64,000 nucleotides of DNA from Thermoanaerobaculia bacterium (GCA_044226625.1 JBGAGQ010000026.1:1-64000); one strand, 5' to 3'. Counted from the first letter of the stretch, positions 36,986 to 47,719 are shown. Notes: a model not told the origin generated them from the letters alone. Numbers and translations: made by a program.

Positions 36986-38335
36986 ATGCCCGAACGTAGC
37001 CTCGGTGCCGCTCGTCGTCCCGCCACGCCGTCACGACCTCTCCACGTCTTCGCCTGGATCGCGACCGCCTCGATCCTCGCGGCGCTGCCCGCCGCGGCGG
37101 GCAACGGCCACTTCCTGCATGGCGTGGGCGCCGTCAACAGCGCTCTCGGCGGCGCGGGCGTGGCGTTCCCCAACGACGCGCTGGGCGCGCTCAGCTTGAA
37201 CCCGTCGCTGCTCGGCCGCCTCGACGGCTACCAGTTCCAGTTCAGCCTCGAGAACGTCGATCAGCAGAACGCGGTCGAAAGCCGGGTGGGACCGTTCGCC
37301 GGACGCACCGAAGACGAAGGGGACGACGCCGCGGTGCCGGCGTTCGGCTGGACCCATCACAAGCAGGACAGCCGCTTCGCGTTCGGCATGGGCTTCCTCG
37401 GGCTCGCCGGCTTCAGCGTCGACTACCCGCAGGATTCGACGAACCCGATCCTCGCGCCGCAGCCGCAGGGCTTCGGCCGCCTCTATTCGAGCTATCAGTA
37501 CCTGAAGATCCCGTTCGCCGTCGCGTACCGCGCGACCGATCGGCTGTCGCTCGGCGCCTCGTTGAACCTCGCCCGCGCGACGCTCGCCGGCGACCCGGTG
37601 GGCTTCGCGGCGCCCGATTGCTCGCCGAGCCCGCGCGGCCTGATCTGCTATTTCCCGCGCGTCGACTCCGACAGCGCGATGGGCCACGGGCTGCAAGTCG
37701 GCCTGCACTACCAGGCGACCTCGACGTTCGCGGTCGGCGCCTCCTACTCGACCGAGACGAAGTTCGAAGACTTCGAGTGGAACTCCGCGCACGCCAACCC
37801 GAACCTGCCGAACTTCGGCACCGCGCGCAAGATCAAGTTCGAGCTCGGCGGACCGGCGATCGCCGCGGCCGGCATCTCCTGGACTCCCACACCGAAGCTC
37901 GGCGTGGCTCTCGATGCGAAGCGGATCTTCTACTCCTCGACGCCGGGCTTCGGCGACTCGGGGATCAATCCGACGACGGGCGCGATCCGCGGTCCGGGCT
38001 GGGAGGACATCGACGTCTTCGCGCTCGGCCTCCAGTATCAGGCGACGCCGAAGCTCACGCTGCGCGGCGGCTACAACAAGGCCGACAACCCGATCCCGGA
38101 TGCGCAGACGTTCTTCAGCCTGTTCGCCCCGGGGCTGTTCCAGGATCACGCGACCGCCGGCCTCGGCTATCAGGTCGGCGAGCGCCTGCGCCTCGATCTC
38201 GCCTACTACAAGGCGTTCAACAACGACGCCACGGGCCCGCTGTTCACGCTGTCCGGCCCGGTGCCGGGCGCCTCGGTCAGCCAAGAGATCGCGCTCGAAT
38301 CCCTCCTGCTCACCCTCTCGTTTCACCTCGATTGA
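36986..38335 (+). CDS. FadL/OmpP1-family outer-membrane transport protein
   Basis: GGAGG RBS; NGHFLHGVGAVNSALGGAGVA...NP hatch motif; beta-barrel pattern. Confidence 0.85.
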   Translation: MPERSLGAARRPATPSRPLHVFAWIATASILAALPAAAGNGHFLHGVGAVNSALGGAGVAFPNDALGALSLNPSLLGRLDGYQFQFSLENVDQQNAVESRVGPFAGRTEDEGDDAAVPAFGWTHHKQDSRFAFGMGFLGLAGFSVDYPQDSTNPILAPQPQGFGRLYSSYQYLKIPFAVAYRATDRLSLGASLNLARATLAGDPVGFAAPDCSPSPRGLICYFPRVDSDSAMGHGLQVGLHYQATSTFAVGASYSTETKFEDFEWNSAHANPNLPNFGTARKIKFELGGPAIAAAGISWTPTPKLGVALDAKRIFYSSTPGFGDSGINPTTGAIRGPGWEDIDVFALGLQYQATPKLTLRGGYNKADNPIPDAQTFFSLFAPGLFQDHATAGLGYQVGERLRLDLAYYKAFNNDATGPLFTLSGPVPGASVSQEIALESLLLTLSFHLD

Positions 38336-38404
38336 CGCACCGAGTAGTATGAGTGGACATCCGGAAGGCCCCTCGCGGCCTTCCGGCTCCGCTTCTTCGA
38401 GCCG

Positions 38405-38809
38405 ATGCCGCAAATTCTAGAGAAGTCCTTCGGGTACGAGTTGGTCTTCGAGAGCAACGTCGACCGCGACCTCGCGCGGAAGATGCTCGAGAACCTGCGC
38501 CGGACGCTGCGGCCGCGCGCCGGCGGGTTCGGAGTGCTCGTCGACCTGCGCGCCACCCGTTCGTTCACCGCCGAGGCGCAGGAGCTGGTCAAGCAGACGA
38601 TCCTGATCTGCCGCGAGGCCGGTATGGGAAGGAACGCGGTCGTCACCCACAGCGCGATCGCGGGCCTGCAGGCGCGACGCATGGTGAAGGAAACCGGGAT
38701 CGCGCCCGACCTGCGGTACATAGACGCCGCGAGCCGAGCCGACTGGCGCGACGTCGCCGTCGCTTGGCTGGTCGACGGCACCGAGCCCGACTCGATCGCC
38801 ATGGATTGA
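38405..38809 (+). CDS. Hypothetical STAS/SpoIIAA-like protein
   Basis: FGVLVDLR...RNAVV alpha/beta pattern. Confidence 0.55.
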   Translation: MPQILEKSFGYELVFESNVDRDLARKMLENLRRTLRPRAGGFGVLVDLRATRSFTAEAQELVKQTILICREAGMGRNAVVTHSAIAGLQARRMVKETGIAPDLRYIDAASRADWRDVAVAWLVDGTEPDSIAMD

Positions 38810-39034
38810 TCGAACCGCGGGCTCCCGCCCGCGGTTCGTCGGCAGTCTCGATCCCCGAGCACGATCCGTCCCTCGGAACGGCGCGCCGCTCGCCCCCGAG
38901 ATCGCGCATCTCGCCCCACTCTCCACCCCCTCCCAAAATTCCTCAAGGATTTTTGCCACGCTGGGAAGCCCAGCCGTACCTCTCCTTTATAGATACGAGC
39001 GTATTTCGCTCACTCTCAATCTTGGGAGGTTCTC

Positions 39035-41083
39035 ATGTTTTCCATTGACCCCCCGCAGCAGAGTCTCGTCGTGCGCCGCCGCCGTCCCGCTCGGGTCGGC
39101 CTCGCCCTGTCCGCTCTCTTCGTCCTCGCCGCCGGAGCGGTCGCCCAAGGGGTGACGTTCCGCGACATCGCGAACGCGGACCATGGCGTCACCTACCGGC
39201 GCACTCCGTCGGCCGACAACGCGGTCGCCGAGGCGATCCGGCAGAAAGGTACGACGAGCAAGTTCGAGGTCCTGCTCGGACCGATCAAGGAACGCGGCGC
39301 GCCGGGCGTGGCGCTGCTCGACTTCGACCGTGACGGCGACCTCGACATCTACGTGACCAACGGTCCCGGCCACGCCAACAGTCTCTATTCGAACCAGCTC
39401 AAGGAAACCGGCGCGATCCGCTTCCGCGACGTGGCGCGCCAGGTGGGCGCGGGCCTCGCGGATCAGGACTCGACCGGCGTCTGCTTCGGCGACATCGACA
39501 ACGACGGCGACGAGGACCTCTACGTCCTCGGCGCGCACATGCCGAACCACCTGCTCGAGAACCGCGGCGGGCGCTTCGTCGACATCACCGCGCACGCCGG
39601 CTTGGGCGCCGGCAGCTTCAACCATTCGTCGTGCGCGATGAGCGATCTCAATGGCGACGGCCGCCTCGACCTCTTCATCGGCAACACGTTCGACTGGCAC
39701 ACCAAGATGGCGATCATGGTCGAGCCGTTCGCGCTCAACCAGCCGAACCAGCTGTTCCTGAACCGGGGCGGCCGGCGATTCCGCGACGTCTCGGCGACCG
39801 CGGGCATCCAGGGCGCGGTGAACGACATCTCTTGGGCCGTGGCGCTGTTCGACTACGACGCCGACGGCGACGACGACATCTTCGTCGCGAACGACCAGGG
39901 GGCGATCCCGCCCGCCCGTTACGGCGGCGTCGACCGCGGCTTCGTCCGCACCTATAAGAACGACGGCCACGCCCGCTTCACCGAGGTGACCGAGCAGACC
40001 GGCCTGGGCAAGCCCGAGAGCCACATGGGCTTCGCGGTCGCCGACTTCGACGGCGACGGCACGCTCGACCTCGCGATCTCGAACATCGGCGACTACATCG
40101 AGCCGTTCTTCGGCATCCCCTACACGCTCGGCGACCAGACGCAGCGCTGGTTCCTGAACAACGGCGACGGCACGTTCCGCGATCCGGGCGTGGGCGACGC
40201 GCTCGTCTCCTCCGGCTGGAGCTGGGGCATCTCGCCGCTCGACTACGACAACGACGGCGACTTCGATTACGTCGGGCTCGGCGGCTTCGACATGTCGCTG
40301 ATCGTCGACGAATCGAACCCCGGTCCGATCCTGGTCAACGACGGCCAGGCGCACTTCACCGCCGATCTCGCGCTCGACGCCGACCACGGCAGCCGCAACG
40401 ATCACGGCGTCGCGGTGGGCGACCTCGACGGCAACGGCTTCGAGGACGTCGTCTCGGTGTCGATCGTCAACCGGCCGACGGCGCTGCCGCAGGCGCTCTA
40501 TCCGTTCGAATACGGCGGCTATTTGGACGGCATCGCCGGCTTCGCTCCTGTCTGGTCGCTCACCGGCAACGGCGACGAGGCGCGCTGGAGCGGACAGGTG
40601 ATGGACAACGGCACGCTCGCGATCGAGCTCAACCTGGGCGGCAACGGCAAGCGCGGCGTCGACGTCGACGTGCTGGGCGCCGTCGGCCTCACCGACCACG
40701 GCAAGGTGAACCGCGACGGCATCGGCGCGATCGTCTCGTTCACGCCCGACGGCGGATCGAAAGCGACCCAGCCCGTCCTCGGCGGATCGAGCCTCGCGTC
40801 CGAAGACTCGCTCACCGCCCACTTCGGCCTCGGCGACGCGGCCGCGGGAACCGTCGAGGTCGTCTGGCCCGGCCGGGTGAAGAACCGCCTCTACGGCGTC
40901 ACCGCCGGATCGAAAGTCCGCTTCCCCGAGATCCCGTGCAGCTTCGACACCGACCAGCCGCGCGGCGCCTATCGCGCCTGCGTCCTGAACGCGGTCAAGG
41001 ACCTCCACCGCGCCAAGGCGATCGACCGCGCCGAGCGCGACCGCCTGTTCGCGAGCGCGCTGCGGGCATACGACGAGCGCTGA
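39035..41083 (+). CDS. CRTAC1-family protein (FG-GAP repeats + ASPIC/UnbV)
   Basis: Repeated DFDRDGDLD, DIDNDGDED, DLNGDGRLD motifs; DGIGA...HFGLG...VVWP. Confidence 0.9.
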   Translation: MFSIDPPQQSLVVRRRRPARVGLALSALFVLAAGAVAQGVTFRDIANADHGVTYRRTPSADNAVAEAIRQKGTTSKFEVLLGPIKERGAPGVALLDFDRDGDLDIYVTNGPGHANSLYSNQLKETGAIRFRDVARQVGAGLADQDSTGVCFGDIDNDGDEDLYVLGAHMPNHLLENRGGRFVDITAHAGLGAGSFNHSSCAMSDLNGDGRLDLFIGNTFDWHTKMAIMVEPFALNQPNQLFLNRGGRRFRDVSATAGIQGAVNDISWAVALFDYDADGDDDIFVANDQGAIPPARYGGVDRGFVRTYKNDGHARFTEVTEQTGLGKPESHMGFAVADFDGDGTLDLAISNIGDYIEPFFGIPYTLGDQTQRWFLNNGDGTFRDPGVGDALVSSGWSWGISPLDYDNDGDFDYVGLGGFDMSLIVDESNPGPILVNDGQAHFTADLALDADHGSRNDHGVAVGDLDGNGFEDVVSVSIVNRPTALPQALYPFEYGGYLDGIAGFAPVWSLTGNGDEARWSGQVMDNGTLAIELNLGGNGKRGVDVDVLGAVGLTDHGKVNRDGIGAIVSFTPDGGSKATQPVLGGSSLASEDSLTAHFGLGDAAAGTVEVVWPGRVKNRLYGVTAGSKVRFPEIPCSFDTDQPRGAYRACVLNAVKDLHRAKAIDRAERDRLFASALRAYDER

Positions 41084-41104
41084 CGCTTCTCGATAGGAAT
41101 CAAC

Positions 41105-41149
41105 GAGAAGGCCCGAGTCCGGCGTGCTAGCCGGGCTCGGGCCTTTTTC
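41105..41149 (+). terminator. Intrinsic terminator
   Basis: AAGGCCCGAGTCCGGC-loop-GCCGGGCTCGGGCCTTTTT. Confidence 0.8.
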
Positions 41150-41987
41150 GTTCCTCGGGGTGCGATACGATCGCCGCGCATCGGTCGATCCCCGTGGCCT
41201 CCCACTCCCCTCTCGAGTTCCCTTGCTGATCCTCGGCGCGCTCGCGGTCGGCCTGTCGCTCGGTTTGCTCGGTTCGGGAGGCTCGATCCTCACCGTGCCG
41301 ATCCTCGTCTACGCGCTCGGCCAGGGAGATAAAGAAGCGATCGCCAGCTCGCTCGCGATCGTCGCGGGGATCAGCGCGCTCGCCGCGATCCCCTACGCCC
41401 TGCGTCGACAAGTCGCTTGGCGCAGCGTCCTGCTGTTCGGCGTTCCCGGAATGGTCGGCGCCTGGCTGGGCTCCCGCTTCGCGGCGGGCGTCCCGGGGGC
41501 GGTCCAGCTCACGATCTTCGCGGTCGTCATGCTCGCGGCGGCGCTCTTCATGCTGCGCGGGCCGAAGATGGCCGAAGCCGAAGAATCCCCCAGACCACGA
41601 GCGGGATGGAAAGTCGCGCTCGACGGCGCGGCGGTCGGCGCGCTCACCGGCCTCGTCGGCGTCGGCGGCGGCTTCCTGATCGTCCCCGCGCTCGTGCTGC
41701 TCGGCGGTTTGCCGATGTCGCTCGCGGTGGGGACCAGCCTGGTGATCATCGCGGGCAACGCCGCCACCGGATTCGTCGAGCACCTCGCCACCGTCCGCGC
41801 GCTCGGCATCGCGCTCGACGCGCGCGCGATCCTCACCTTCATCGCCCTCGGCGGCCTCGGTGCCCTCGCCGGCCACACCGCCGGCCGGCGCTTGCCGCAG
41901 GCGACGCTGCGGCGAATCTTCGCGTGCGGCTTGCTCGCGCTCGGGGCTTACGTGCTCTGGCGGAATTTGCCGCTACGGGTCGGGTGA
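41124..41987 (+). CDS. TauE/SafE family sulfite exporter (true start probably ~41200-41225)
   Basis: GLLGSGGSILTVP and GLVGVGGGFLIVP duplicated motifs. Confidence 0.9.
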   Translation: MLAGLGPFSFLGVRYDRRASVDPRGLPLPSRVPLLILGALAVGLSLGLLGSGGSILTVPILVYALGQGDKEAIASSLAIVAGISALAAIPYALRRQVAWRSVLLFGVPGMVGAWLGSRFAAGVPGAVQLTIFAVVMLAAALFMLRGPKMAEAEESPRPRAGWKVALDGAAVGALTGLVGVGGGFLIVPALVLLGGLPMSLAVGTSLVIIAGNAATGFVEHLATVRALGIALDARAILTFIALGGLGALAGHTAGRRLPQATLRRIFACGLLALGAYVLWRNLPLRVG

Positions 41988-42869
41988 GGAAACCGCTACC
42001 GGCCGCTTCAAAAGCTCGTCGAGGAATCGAAGCACGTGCGCCTCGTAGCCTTTCGAATCGAACCCCAGGAAGTCCTGATGCCGCGCCCCGCGCACGATCC
42101 AGAGCCGTTTCGGTGGTGCGGCGGCCGCGAAAAGCTGCTCTGACTCCGCGAGCGTCGTATGCCGATCGTCGCTCCCCGCGACGACGAGGACCGGCGCGCC
42201 CAACCGCGGAATGAACCGGATCGGCTCGAGATCCCGCGCGGCCACGTGAAGCCGGAGCGGCAGCTGCGCCGTCAGCAGCGGGGCGAGCACGGGAGCCAAC
42301 GGGCCGAAGCGGATGCGAAGGCGGTTCTCGACGGCGCCCGCGATCCGCGGATAGACGGCTTCGAGCACCACGGCGTCGAAGCCGGAGGGCTGAGGTCCCA
42401 AGAGGATCGAGGCCCCGCCGAGCGAGCAGCCGATCACGCCGAGGCGTCGCCGCGGCTCTAACGCGCGAAGCCATCGATAGGCCGAGCGCACGTCCGCCGC
42501 CTCGCGCAACCCGAACGTGATCGCCGAGCCGGGCGTCTCGCCGTGTCCCTGGAGATCGATCAGCAGGACCGAATAGCCGTGCGCCGCAAGGAGCCGCGCG
42601 CGCGACGCCATGGAAGCGCGGTCGGCGCGAACGCCATGAAGGAGGAGAACAACGGGGCTCCCAGGTCCCGCGTCGTGCCAGCTCGCCGCGATCGCGTGAC
42701 CGGAAGCGGCGATCGACAGGGGCAGGACCGCCAAATCGTTCGGCAACACGACCGGATGGTTGTTGGGACGCGAGAGCTGGCCACCCATCCACCAGGAAAC
42801 GGCGAGACCCAGGGTCGCGAGCGTGGCGACGGTCGCGAGGGCGCGCTTGGATCGGTTCGAAAGCCTCAC
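41973..42869 (-). CDS. Alpha/beta hydrolase
   Basis: LLHG, IDLQGHGE, GCSLGG nucleophile elbow, GSDD, GARH. Confidence 0.9.
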   Translation of the reverse strand: MRLSNRSKRALATVATLATLGLAVSWWMGGQLSRPNNHPVVLPNDLAVLPLSIAASGHAIAASWHDAGPGSPVVLLLHGVRADRASMASRARLLAAHGYSVLLIDLQGHGETPGSAITFGLREAADVRSAYRWLRALEPRRRLGVIGCSLGGASILLGPQPSGFDAVVLEAVYPRIAGAVENRLRIRFGPLAPVLAPLLTAQLPLRLHVAARDLEPIRFIPRLGAPVLVVAGSDDRHTTLAESEQLFAAAAPPKRLWIVRGARHQDFLGFDSKGYEAHVLRFLDELLKRPVAVSSPDP

Positions 42870-42899
42870 GGGAGCGATAGGGCTTCGACCGTTGAGATC

Positions 42900-44021
42900 T
42901 CACGCCGCCGCGCTGCGGATCGCCGCATCGAGATCGCGCCAAAGATCTTCGGCGTCTTCGATGCCGACGCTCAAGCGAAGGAGCGACGGCGGCAGGTGCT
43001 CCTGCCCCGGAACCGCGGCCCTGCGCTCCATCGTCGATTCGACCGCCCCGAGGCTCGTCGCGTGGCGGATGAGGCGAACGTTCGCGCAGACGGCGTCCGC
43101 CGTTTCGCTTCCCCCCTTGAGATCGAACGAGATCACGGTGCCGAATCCGCGGAGGGCGCGTCGAGCGATCGCGTGGGTCGGGTGCGAAGGCAGCCCCGGG
43201 TAGCGGACGCGCGCGACGAACGGATGCGCTTCGAGCCGTTCGGCGAGGAGCATCGCCGTCTTTTGGGCGCGCTCCAGCCGGAGGGCGAGCGTGCGCGCGC
43301 CGCGCAGGGCGAGGAAGGATTCGAAGACCCCCGGCGTCGCCCCGGCGAGCTCGCGCGACCTGCGCAGGGCGTGCCAAAGCGATTCGTCGGTCGTCGTCGC
43401 GAGGCCCGAAAGCAGATCCGAATGGCCGCCGATGAACTTGGTCGCCGATTGGATCGACACCGTGGCCCCGAGGCGAAGCGGCTGCTGGTTGAGCGGCGTG
43501 GCGAAGGTGTTGTCGACCGCGACGATCGCCCCCGGTTTCCTCGGCGCGGCGCAGATCGCCTCGAGGTCGGCGACCGCGAGCAACGGGTTCGACGGCGATT
43601 CGAGCCAGATCAGGTCGGCTTCGCCGCACGCGCGCTGGAAGCCGGTGGTGTCATCGACGGCCAAGCGCCGCACCGACCATTGCCCCTTCTCCGCGCCCTG
43701 CCGCGCGAGCCCCGCAACCCCTTGATAGCAGTCGTCCGGAAGGACCACGACGGCACTGCCAGGTAGCTGGTCGAACACCGCGGCGATCGCCGCCATGCCC
43801 GAAGCGAAGGCGACCGCGCGCCCCCCTTCGAGCCCGCCGACCAGCTCTTCGAGGGCGTCCCAGGTCGGCGTTCCGTCGTCCCGAGAGTAGGCCCGCTCGC
43901 CGCCGAGAATGAAGTTCGAAGCCGGAATCGGCGGCACGTTGAGAGGCGCGCCGGGCGTCGCGTCGCGCCCGGCGGCGACGAGCCAGGATTCCGGTTGGAG
44001 GTCGGTGGGAGCGTGATCCAT
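42900..44021 (-). CDS. PLP-dependent trans-sulfuration enzyme (cystathionine gamma-synthase/lyase family)
   Basis: FASGMAAI, LESPSNP, VDNTFATP, SATKFIGGHSD, ATSLG, RLSVGIE. Confidence 0.92.
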   Translation of the reverse strand: MDHAPTDLQPESWLVAAGRDATPGAPLNVPPIPASNFILGGERAYSRDDGTPTWDALEELVGGLEGGRAVAFASGMAAIAAVFDQLPGSAVVVLPDDCYQGVAGLARQGAEKGQWSVRRLAVDDTTGFQRACGEADLIWLESPSNPLLAVADLEAICAAPRKPGAIVAVDNTFATPLNQQPLRLGATVSIQSATKFIGGHSDLLSGLATTTDESLWHALRRSRELAGATPGVFESFLALRGARTLALRLERAQKTAMLLAERLEAHPFVARVRYPGLPSHPTHAIARRALRGFGTVISFDLKGGSETADAVCANVRLIRHATSLGAVESTMERRAAVPGQEHLPPSLLRLSVGIEDAEDLWRDLDAAIRSAAA

Positions 44022-44083
44022 GGCAGTCCGCCTTCGAGGAGGAGTTGGCCCGAAACGAGCGCCGGGCGGCGCGGCCCGGCCTG

Positions 44084-45121
44084 TCAGTCGATGATCTCGA
44101 TCGTCGCCGTCCCGCGCACGGTGCCGCCCTGGGCGGTGACGACGATCGTCGCGGGGCCGCGATAGGTCGTGGTCCCGGCGAGGAAGGTCGCCGACGCGCT
44201 GCCGCTCGCGTTCACCGTCGAGATGTCGCGGAAGATCCCGATCTCGCGCCCCGAGGAATCGAAGGCTGTGAAGATCGCCCCGGTGCCCGGGGTGACGTTG
44301 CCGAGGTCGCGCTGGAAGCTCGCCGTCACCGTCACCGGGTCGTCGAGACCGGTCTTCGCGGTGACCTTGCCGGCGGTCGAGACGAGGATCCGATCGGGCA
44401 GCGCGCGGACGAACGTGATGCTCGCCTGGCGGGTCACCTGGTTCGCGGTCGCCATGACGAGGCCGGTGCCGATCGCACCCGGGCTCACCAGCTCGACCGA
44501 AGCGCGGAACGAGCCGTCGATCGAGCGCGTCGCGGTGCTCGCGTTCTCCGGCGCGAACAGGCCCCCCGAGGTGGTGAACGTCACCTGCGTGCCGAGCGGC
44601 AGCGAGGGCGAGACCTCGACCGTGAATAGCGACTTGCTCGCGCCGTCGGCCGGCGCGTTCGGCGGGCTCGCGACGAAGCGGATGACGCCGTTGACGTCCG
44701 CCGTGGTGAACGCCACCGCGACCGAACGCGAGAGGCCGGGGACCTCTTTGACCCGCGCCGCCACCACCGCGGGGCCGACCTGCTGCGCGCTCACCAGCTC
44801 GATCGTGGCGACGCCGGTGCCGTCGGCCGCGACTTCCCGTTCCCCCGGCAGCGTCGAAGGGTTGCCGCCCGAGAGCGTTCCGCCCGTGGTCGAGAAGATC
44901 ACCGTCCGCTTGTTGAGATCGGCGCGCGGATCGAGCTGCGCCACCAGCCGGAGCCGCGACACGCCGTCGGCCGGAATCGCCGTCACACCGCCTACCACCC
45001 CGAGCGAAAACGACTCTTCGATGACCGCGGGGGGCTCGAAGTCGCTCTGCTTGTAGCAGCCCTGGGCGATCAGGGCGAGGAGTCCGAAGAGACCGAGGGC
45101 GAGCGGGACGATACGGCGCAT
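44084..45121 (-). CDS. Lipoprotein with tandem Ig-like (invasin Big_1-like) domains
   Basis: Lipobox-like AQGC; repeated IPADGVS/APADGAS...V.F.T.GG motifs. Confidence 0.75.
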   Translation of the reverse strand: MRRIVPLALGLFGLLALIAQGCYKQSDFEPPAVIEESFSLGVVGGVTAIPADGVSRLRLVAQLDPRADLNKRTVIFSTTGGTLSGGNPSTLPGEREVAADGTGVATIELVSAQQVGPAVVAARVKEVPGLSRSVAVAFTTADVNGVIRFVASPPNAPADGASKSLFTVEVSPSLPLGTQVTFTTSGGLFAPENASTATRSIDGSFRASVELVSPGAIGTGLVMATANQVTRQASITFVRALPDRILVSTAGKVTAKTGLDDPVTVTASFQRDLGNVTPGTGAIFTAFDSSGREIGIFRDISTVNASGSASATFLAGTTTYRGPATIVVTAQGGTVRGTATIEIID

Positions 45122-45146
45122 GGTTCGCGTCCTCAGGAGAAAAGCC

Positions 45147-45503
45147 TCAATCGCTCTCGATCTGGACCAGGACGAGATCCGGCTGCGAGATGCCGAGCGA
45201 ATCGGTGATCGTCTGATCGATTTGGACCAGCTCGATCGGCCCCTTGCCGGTGCCGATCACGAGCTCGATCCGGTCCCGGCAGATCTGGTCGGTGTTGCCG
45301 ACCGTCTCGGTGCGGTCGAAGGTCTTCGACGGTGGATCGTCGCCGTCCTGGAACCAGATCTGATGATCGGCCGCGAGCTGGTAACGAATCGTGATCGGCT
45401 CCGAGGCGAGCGTGCTCTTGAGCGTCTGGACGAGCTCGATACGTTTCGGAATGGAGGTCGGATTCGGGGAGGCCGAGAGGTTCTTTCGAATCAAGATCGC
45501 CAT
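45147..45503 (-). CDS. Hypothetical protein
   Basis: GAGGAG RBS; operonic between 45541 and 44084 genes. Confidence 0.65.
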   Translation of the reverse strand: MAILIRKNLSASPNPTSIPKRIELVQTLKSTLASEPITIRYQLAADHQIWFQDGDDPPSKTFDRTETVGNTDQICRDRIELVIGTGKGPIELVQIDQTITDSLGISQPDLVLVQIESD

Positions 45504-45540
45504 GGGCTTGCCGTTTCTCCTCGAAGCGCGGGCCCGCGCG

Positions 45541-47286
45541 CTACTGGCCCGGGAACAGACCGCCCAGTCCGCCTTTGAAGGCGCGGGCGACGTTGAGATC
45601 GAAAGACACCGTGAAGTAATAGGAAACGGCGGTCTCGAACTTCGTGATCAGAGGGCTCGGATCGTCTTTCTTGAACACGAGCGCTCCGGCGCCGAACCGG
45701 ATCATGTCGGTGATCCGAAGCCCCGCGCCGATCAGCATCGACTGGCTGCCGAACAGGTCCTCCCGCGTCTGCTGCTCCCCGTCGCCGCCGTCGGCGAGAC
45801 TCTGGACCGTGAGACCGAGCGTGAAGGCGAACCGCCGCCCGAGCGTCTGGCGGAAGCTCCCGAGCTGGCGCAGCGGCGCGTTCTTGTTCACCGGCCGCAG
45901 GTAGAGGTTGACGCCGATGTAGGAGACCACGGCGTCGAGCTCCGGCGCGCCGACCAGGCCGGCGTCGGCGCTCACGTAATAGTTCTGGAAGGTCTCGAAC
46001 GTTCCGGTGCTCGACGCGTCGACCACCTGGGCGCCGACCGCCCGAAGCGCCACCTCGGCGGCAAGCAGGTCGAGCGAGTTGGCGCGCGCGGCGAGGCTCG
46101 CCTGGATCGACGTGGCGATCGACGAGAGCGTCGCGGCCTGCGCGCTCGCCCGCGCCGCGGCGCCCTGCGGCGTCGAGAGGGCCGCGAGCGCGGTGCGCTC
46201 CTCGTCCGTCATCTCGACCCCTCCCGGGCTCGCGGCCCGCGAGGTGAGATCGGCGAATCCCGAAAGCGCCTGGGCGAGCGCCTCGTAGCGGCCGGCGATC
46301 GCCCCCGCGGTCGCGGGATCGAGGGTCGCGTCGAGCGTCTCGCCTTCGGCCGACGCGGGGTCGAGCCCCTGGGCGACGCGGGCGAGCGCGTCGGGCGACA
46401 GCGCGAGCGCGTCGAGCAACGGCCGGAACGAGTTCGACAGGGCGGCGAGGTTCGGGTCGGAAGGGGCGGCGAGCGCCGCGGTGAGGCGACCGACGGCCGG
46501 ATCGGCCGCGAGCGCCCGGAGCCCTTGGGCGAGGTCGAACTGGAGCGTGCCGTAGGTGACGAGCGAGGCGTTACGCCGCAGCTGCGGCTCGAGCACCTGG
46601 CGGATCCTGCCGTTGAAACGGTCGGCGAGGTCGTTGTGCGGCGTGCGCGAATCGAACAGGGTCCCGGGCGCGAGCGCCTGGTCCGAGCGCAGCTGGGTGA
46701 GCAGGGCCGCGAGCAGCTTCTTCCGCAGGTCTTCGCTCTCCTCGGCGGTGAGGTCGCCCCGCGTCACCCGGGCGAGCGCGGAGTCGAGCGCGTCGCGCGC
46801 GATCGGCCGAAAGGCGGCAGCCACCTCGGGCGAGACCTCCGATTCGCTCTTGAAACAGAACGCGTAGTAGCGCTGCGCCTCGAGCCGCGGGATCACCGCG
46901 CGGAACGTCGTGCCGTCGATCCGGCCGTCGATCGGCTCGGCGGGGAGCCAGCCGCCGCAGTCCCGGGCCTTACGCGACGAGGGCGCGTTGGCGACGCGGC
47001 AGTCGTTGTCGACGACGGGGGGATTCTTCGGATCGCAGACGTACTGGAGGGTCACCCGCTTCGCGCCCGGTCCGAGCGCGCCGCAGAACCGAATCGGCAC
47101 GTCGAACGGCAGCACGCGCGTGACGGTGCCGGCCTGGAGGTTTACGCCGACGTCGGCGAAGCCGGTGTCGTTCGGCGACGGAGCACAAGGGTCGTCGTTT
47201 TGCGCCGAGAGCGCGGCGGCCGCGCCGAGCCCGATCGCCAGCCCCACCACGACTCGCACGAGGCCGCTCCTCGAAACTGCCGCCAT
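45541..47286 (-). CDS. Secreted/outer-membrane hypothetical protein
   Basis: Signal peptide, Cys-containing N-domain, helical middle, C-terminal amphipathic beta strands. Confidence 0.7.
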   Translation of the reverse strand: MAAVSRSGLVRVVVGLAIGLGAAAALSAQNDDPCAPSPNDTGFADVGVNLQAGTVTRVLPFDVPIRFCGALGPGAKRVTLQYVCDPKNPPVVDNDCRVANAPSSRKARDCGGWLPAEPIDGRIDGTTFRAVIPRLEAQRYYAFCFKSESEVSPEVAAAFRPIARDALDSALARVTRGDLTAEESEDLRKKLLAALLTQLRSDQALAPGTLFDSRTPHNDLADRFNGRIRQVLEPQLRRNASLVTYGTLQFDLAQGLRALAADPAVGRLTAALAAPSDPNLAALSNSFRPLLDALALSPDALARVAQGLDPASAEGETLDATLDPATAGAIAGRYEALAQALSGFADLTSRAASPGGVEMTDEERTALAALSTPQGAAARASAQAATLSSIATSIQASLAARANSLDLLAAEVALRAVGAQVVDASSTGTFETFQNYYVSADAGLVGAPELDAVVSYIGVNLYLRPVNKNAPLRQLGSFRQTLGRRFAFTLGLTVQSLADGGDGEQQTREDLFGSQSMLIGAGLRITDMIRFGAGALVFKKDDPSPLITKFETAVSYYFTVSFDLNVARAFKGGLGGLFPGQ

Positions 47287-47326
47287 CGCCTCTCCTCCCG
47301 GCCGGAACGTCGAACTTTTGACGATG

Positions 47327-47719
47327 CTACCAGCTTCGCGCGGCGAGCGCGAAAAGGAGGAACCCGGCGATCAGGCCGAGGCCGCCGAGCGGCGTCACCG
47401 CGCCGAGGATCCGCGGGGCGCCCAGAGCAAGCGCGAAGACGGTGCCCGAAAAGACCGCAGTGCCGAGGGCGAGCGCCAGGCCCGCGGGGCGCGACAACCG
47501 GTGCGGTCTGGCGCCCGCCGCGAGGCCGAGAAGGATCAGCCCGAGCGAGCCGTACATCAGATAGCGCGCCGCCGTCTCCCAGAGCGAGAGCGCGTGGGCA
47601 TCGAGCCGGTCGGCGAGGGCGTGGGCGCCGAACGCCCCCGCCATCACCGCCAGCGCCGCGCCGAACGCGCCCACCGAGACCCACGGGTTCGGCGAGCCCC
47701 GTTCGGGCGAGGCGCTCAA
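47327..47719 (-). CDS. DUF423 (YgdD/TMEM256) membrane protein
   Basis: GAFGAHAL, WETAARY, FSGT, LGAVTPLGG. Confidence 0.9.
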   Translation of the reverse strand: MSASPERGSPNPWVSVGAFGAALAVMAGAFGAHALADRLDAHALSLWETAARYLMYGSLGLILLGLAAGARPHRLSRPAGLALALGTAVFSGTVFALALGAPRILGAVTPLGGLGLIAGFLLFALAARSW

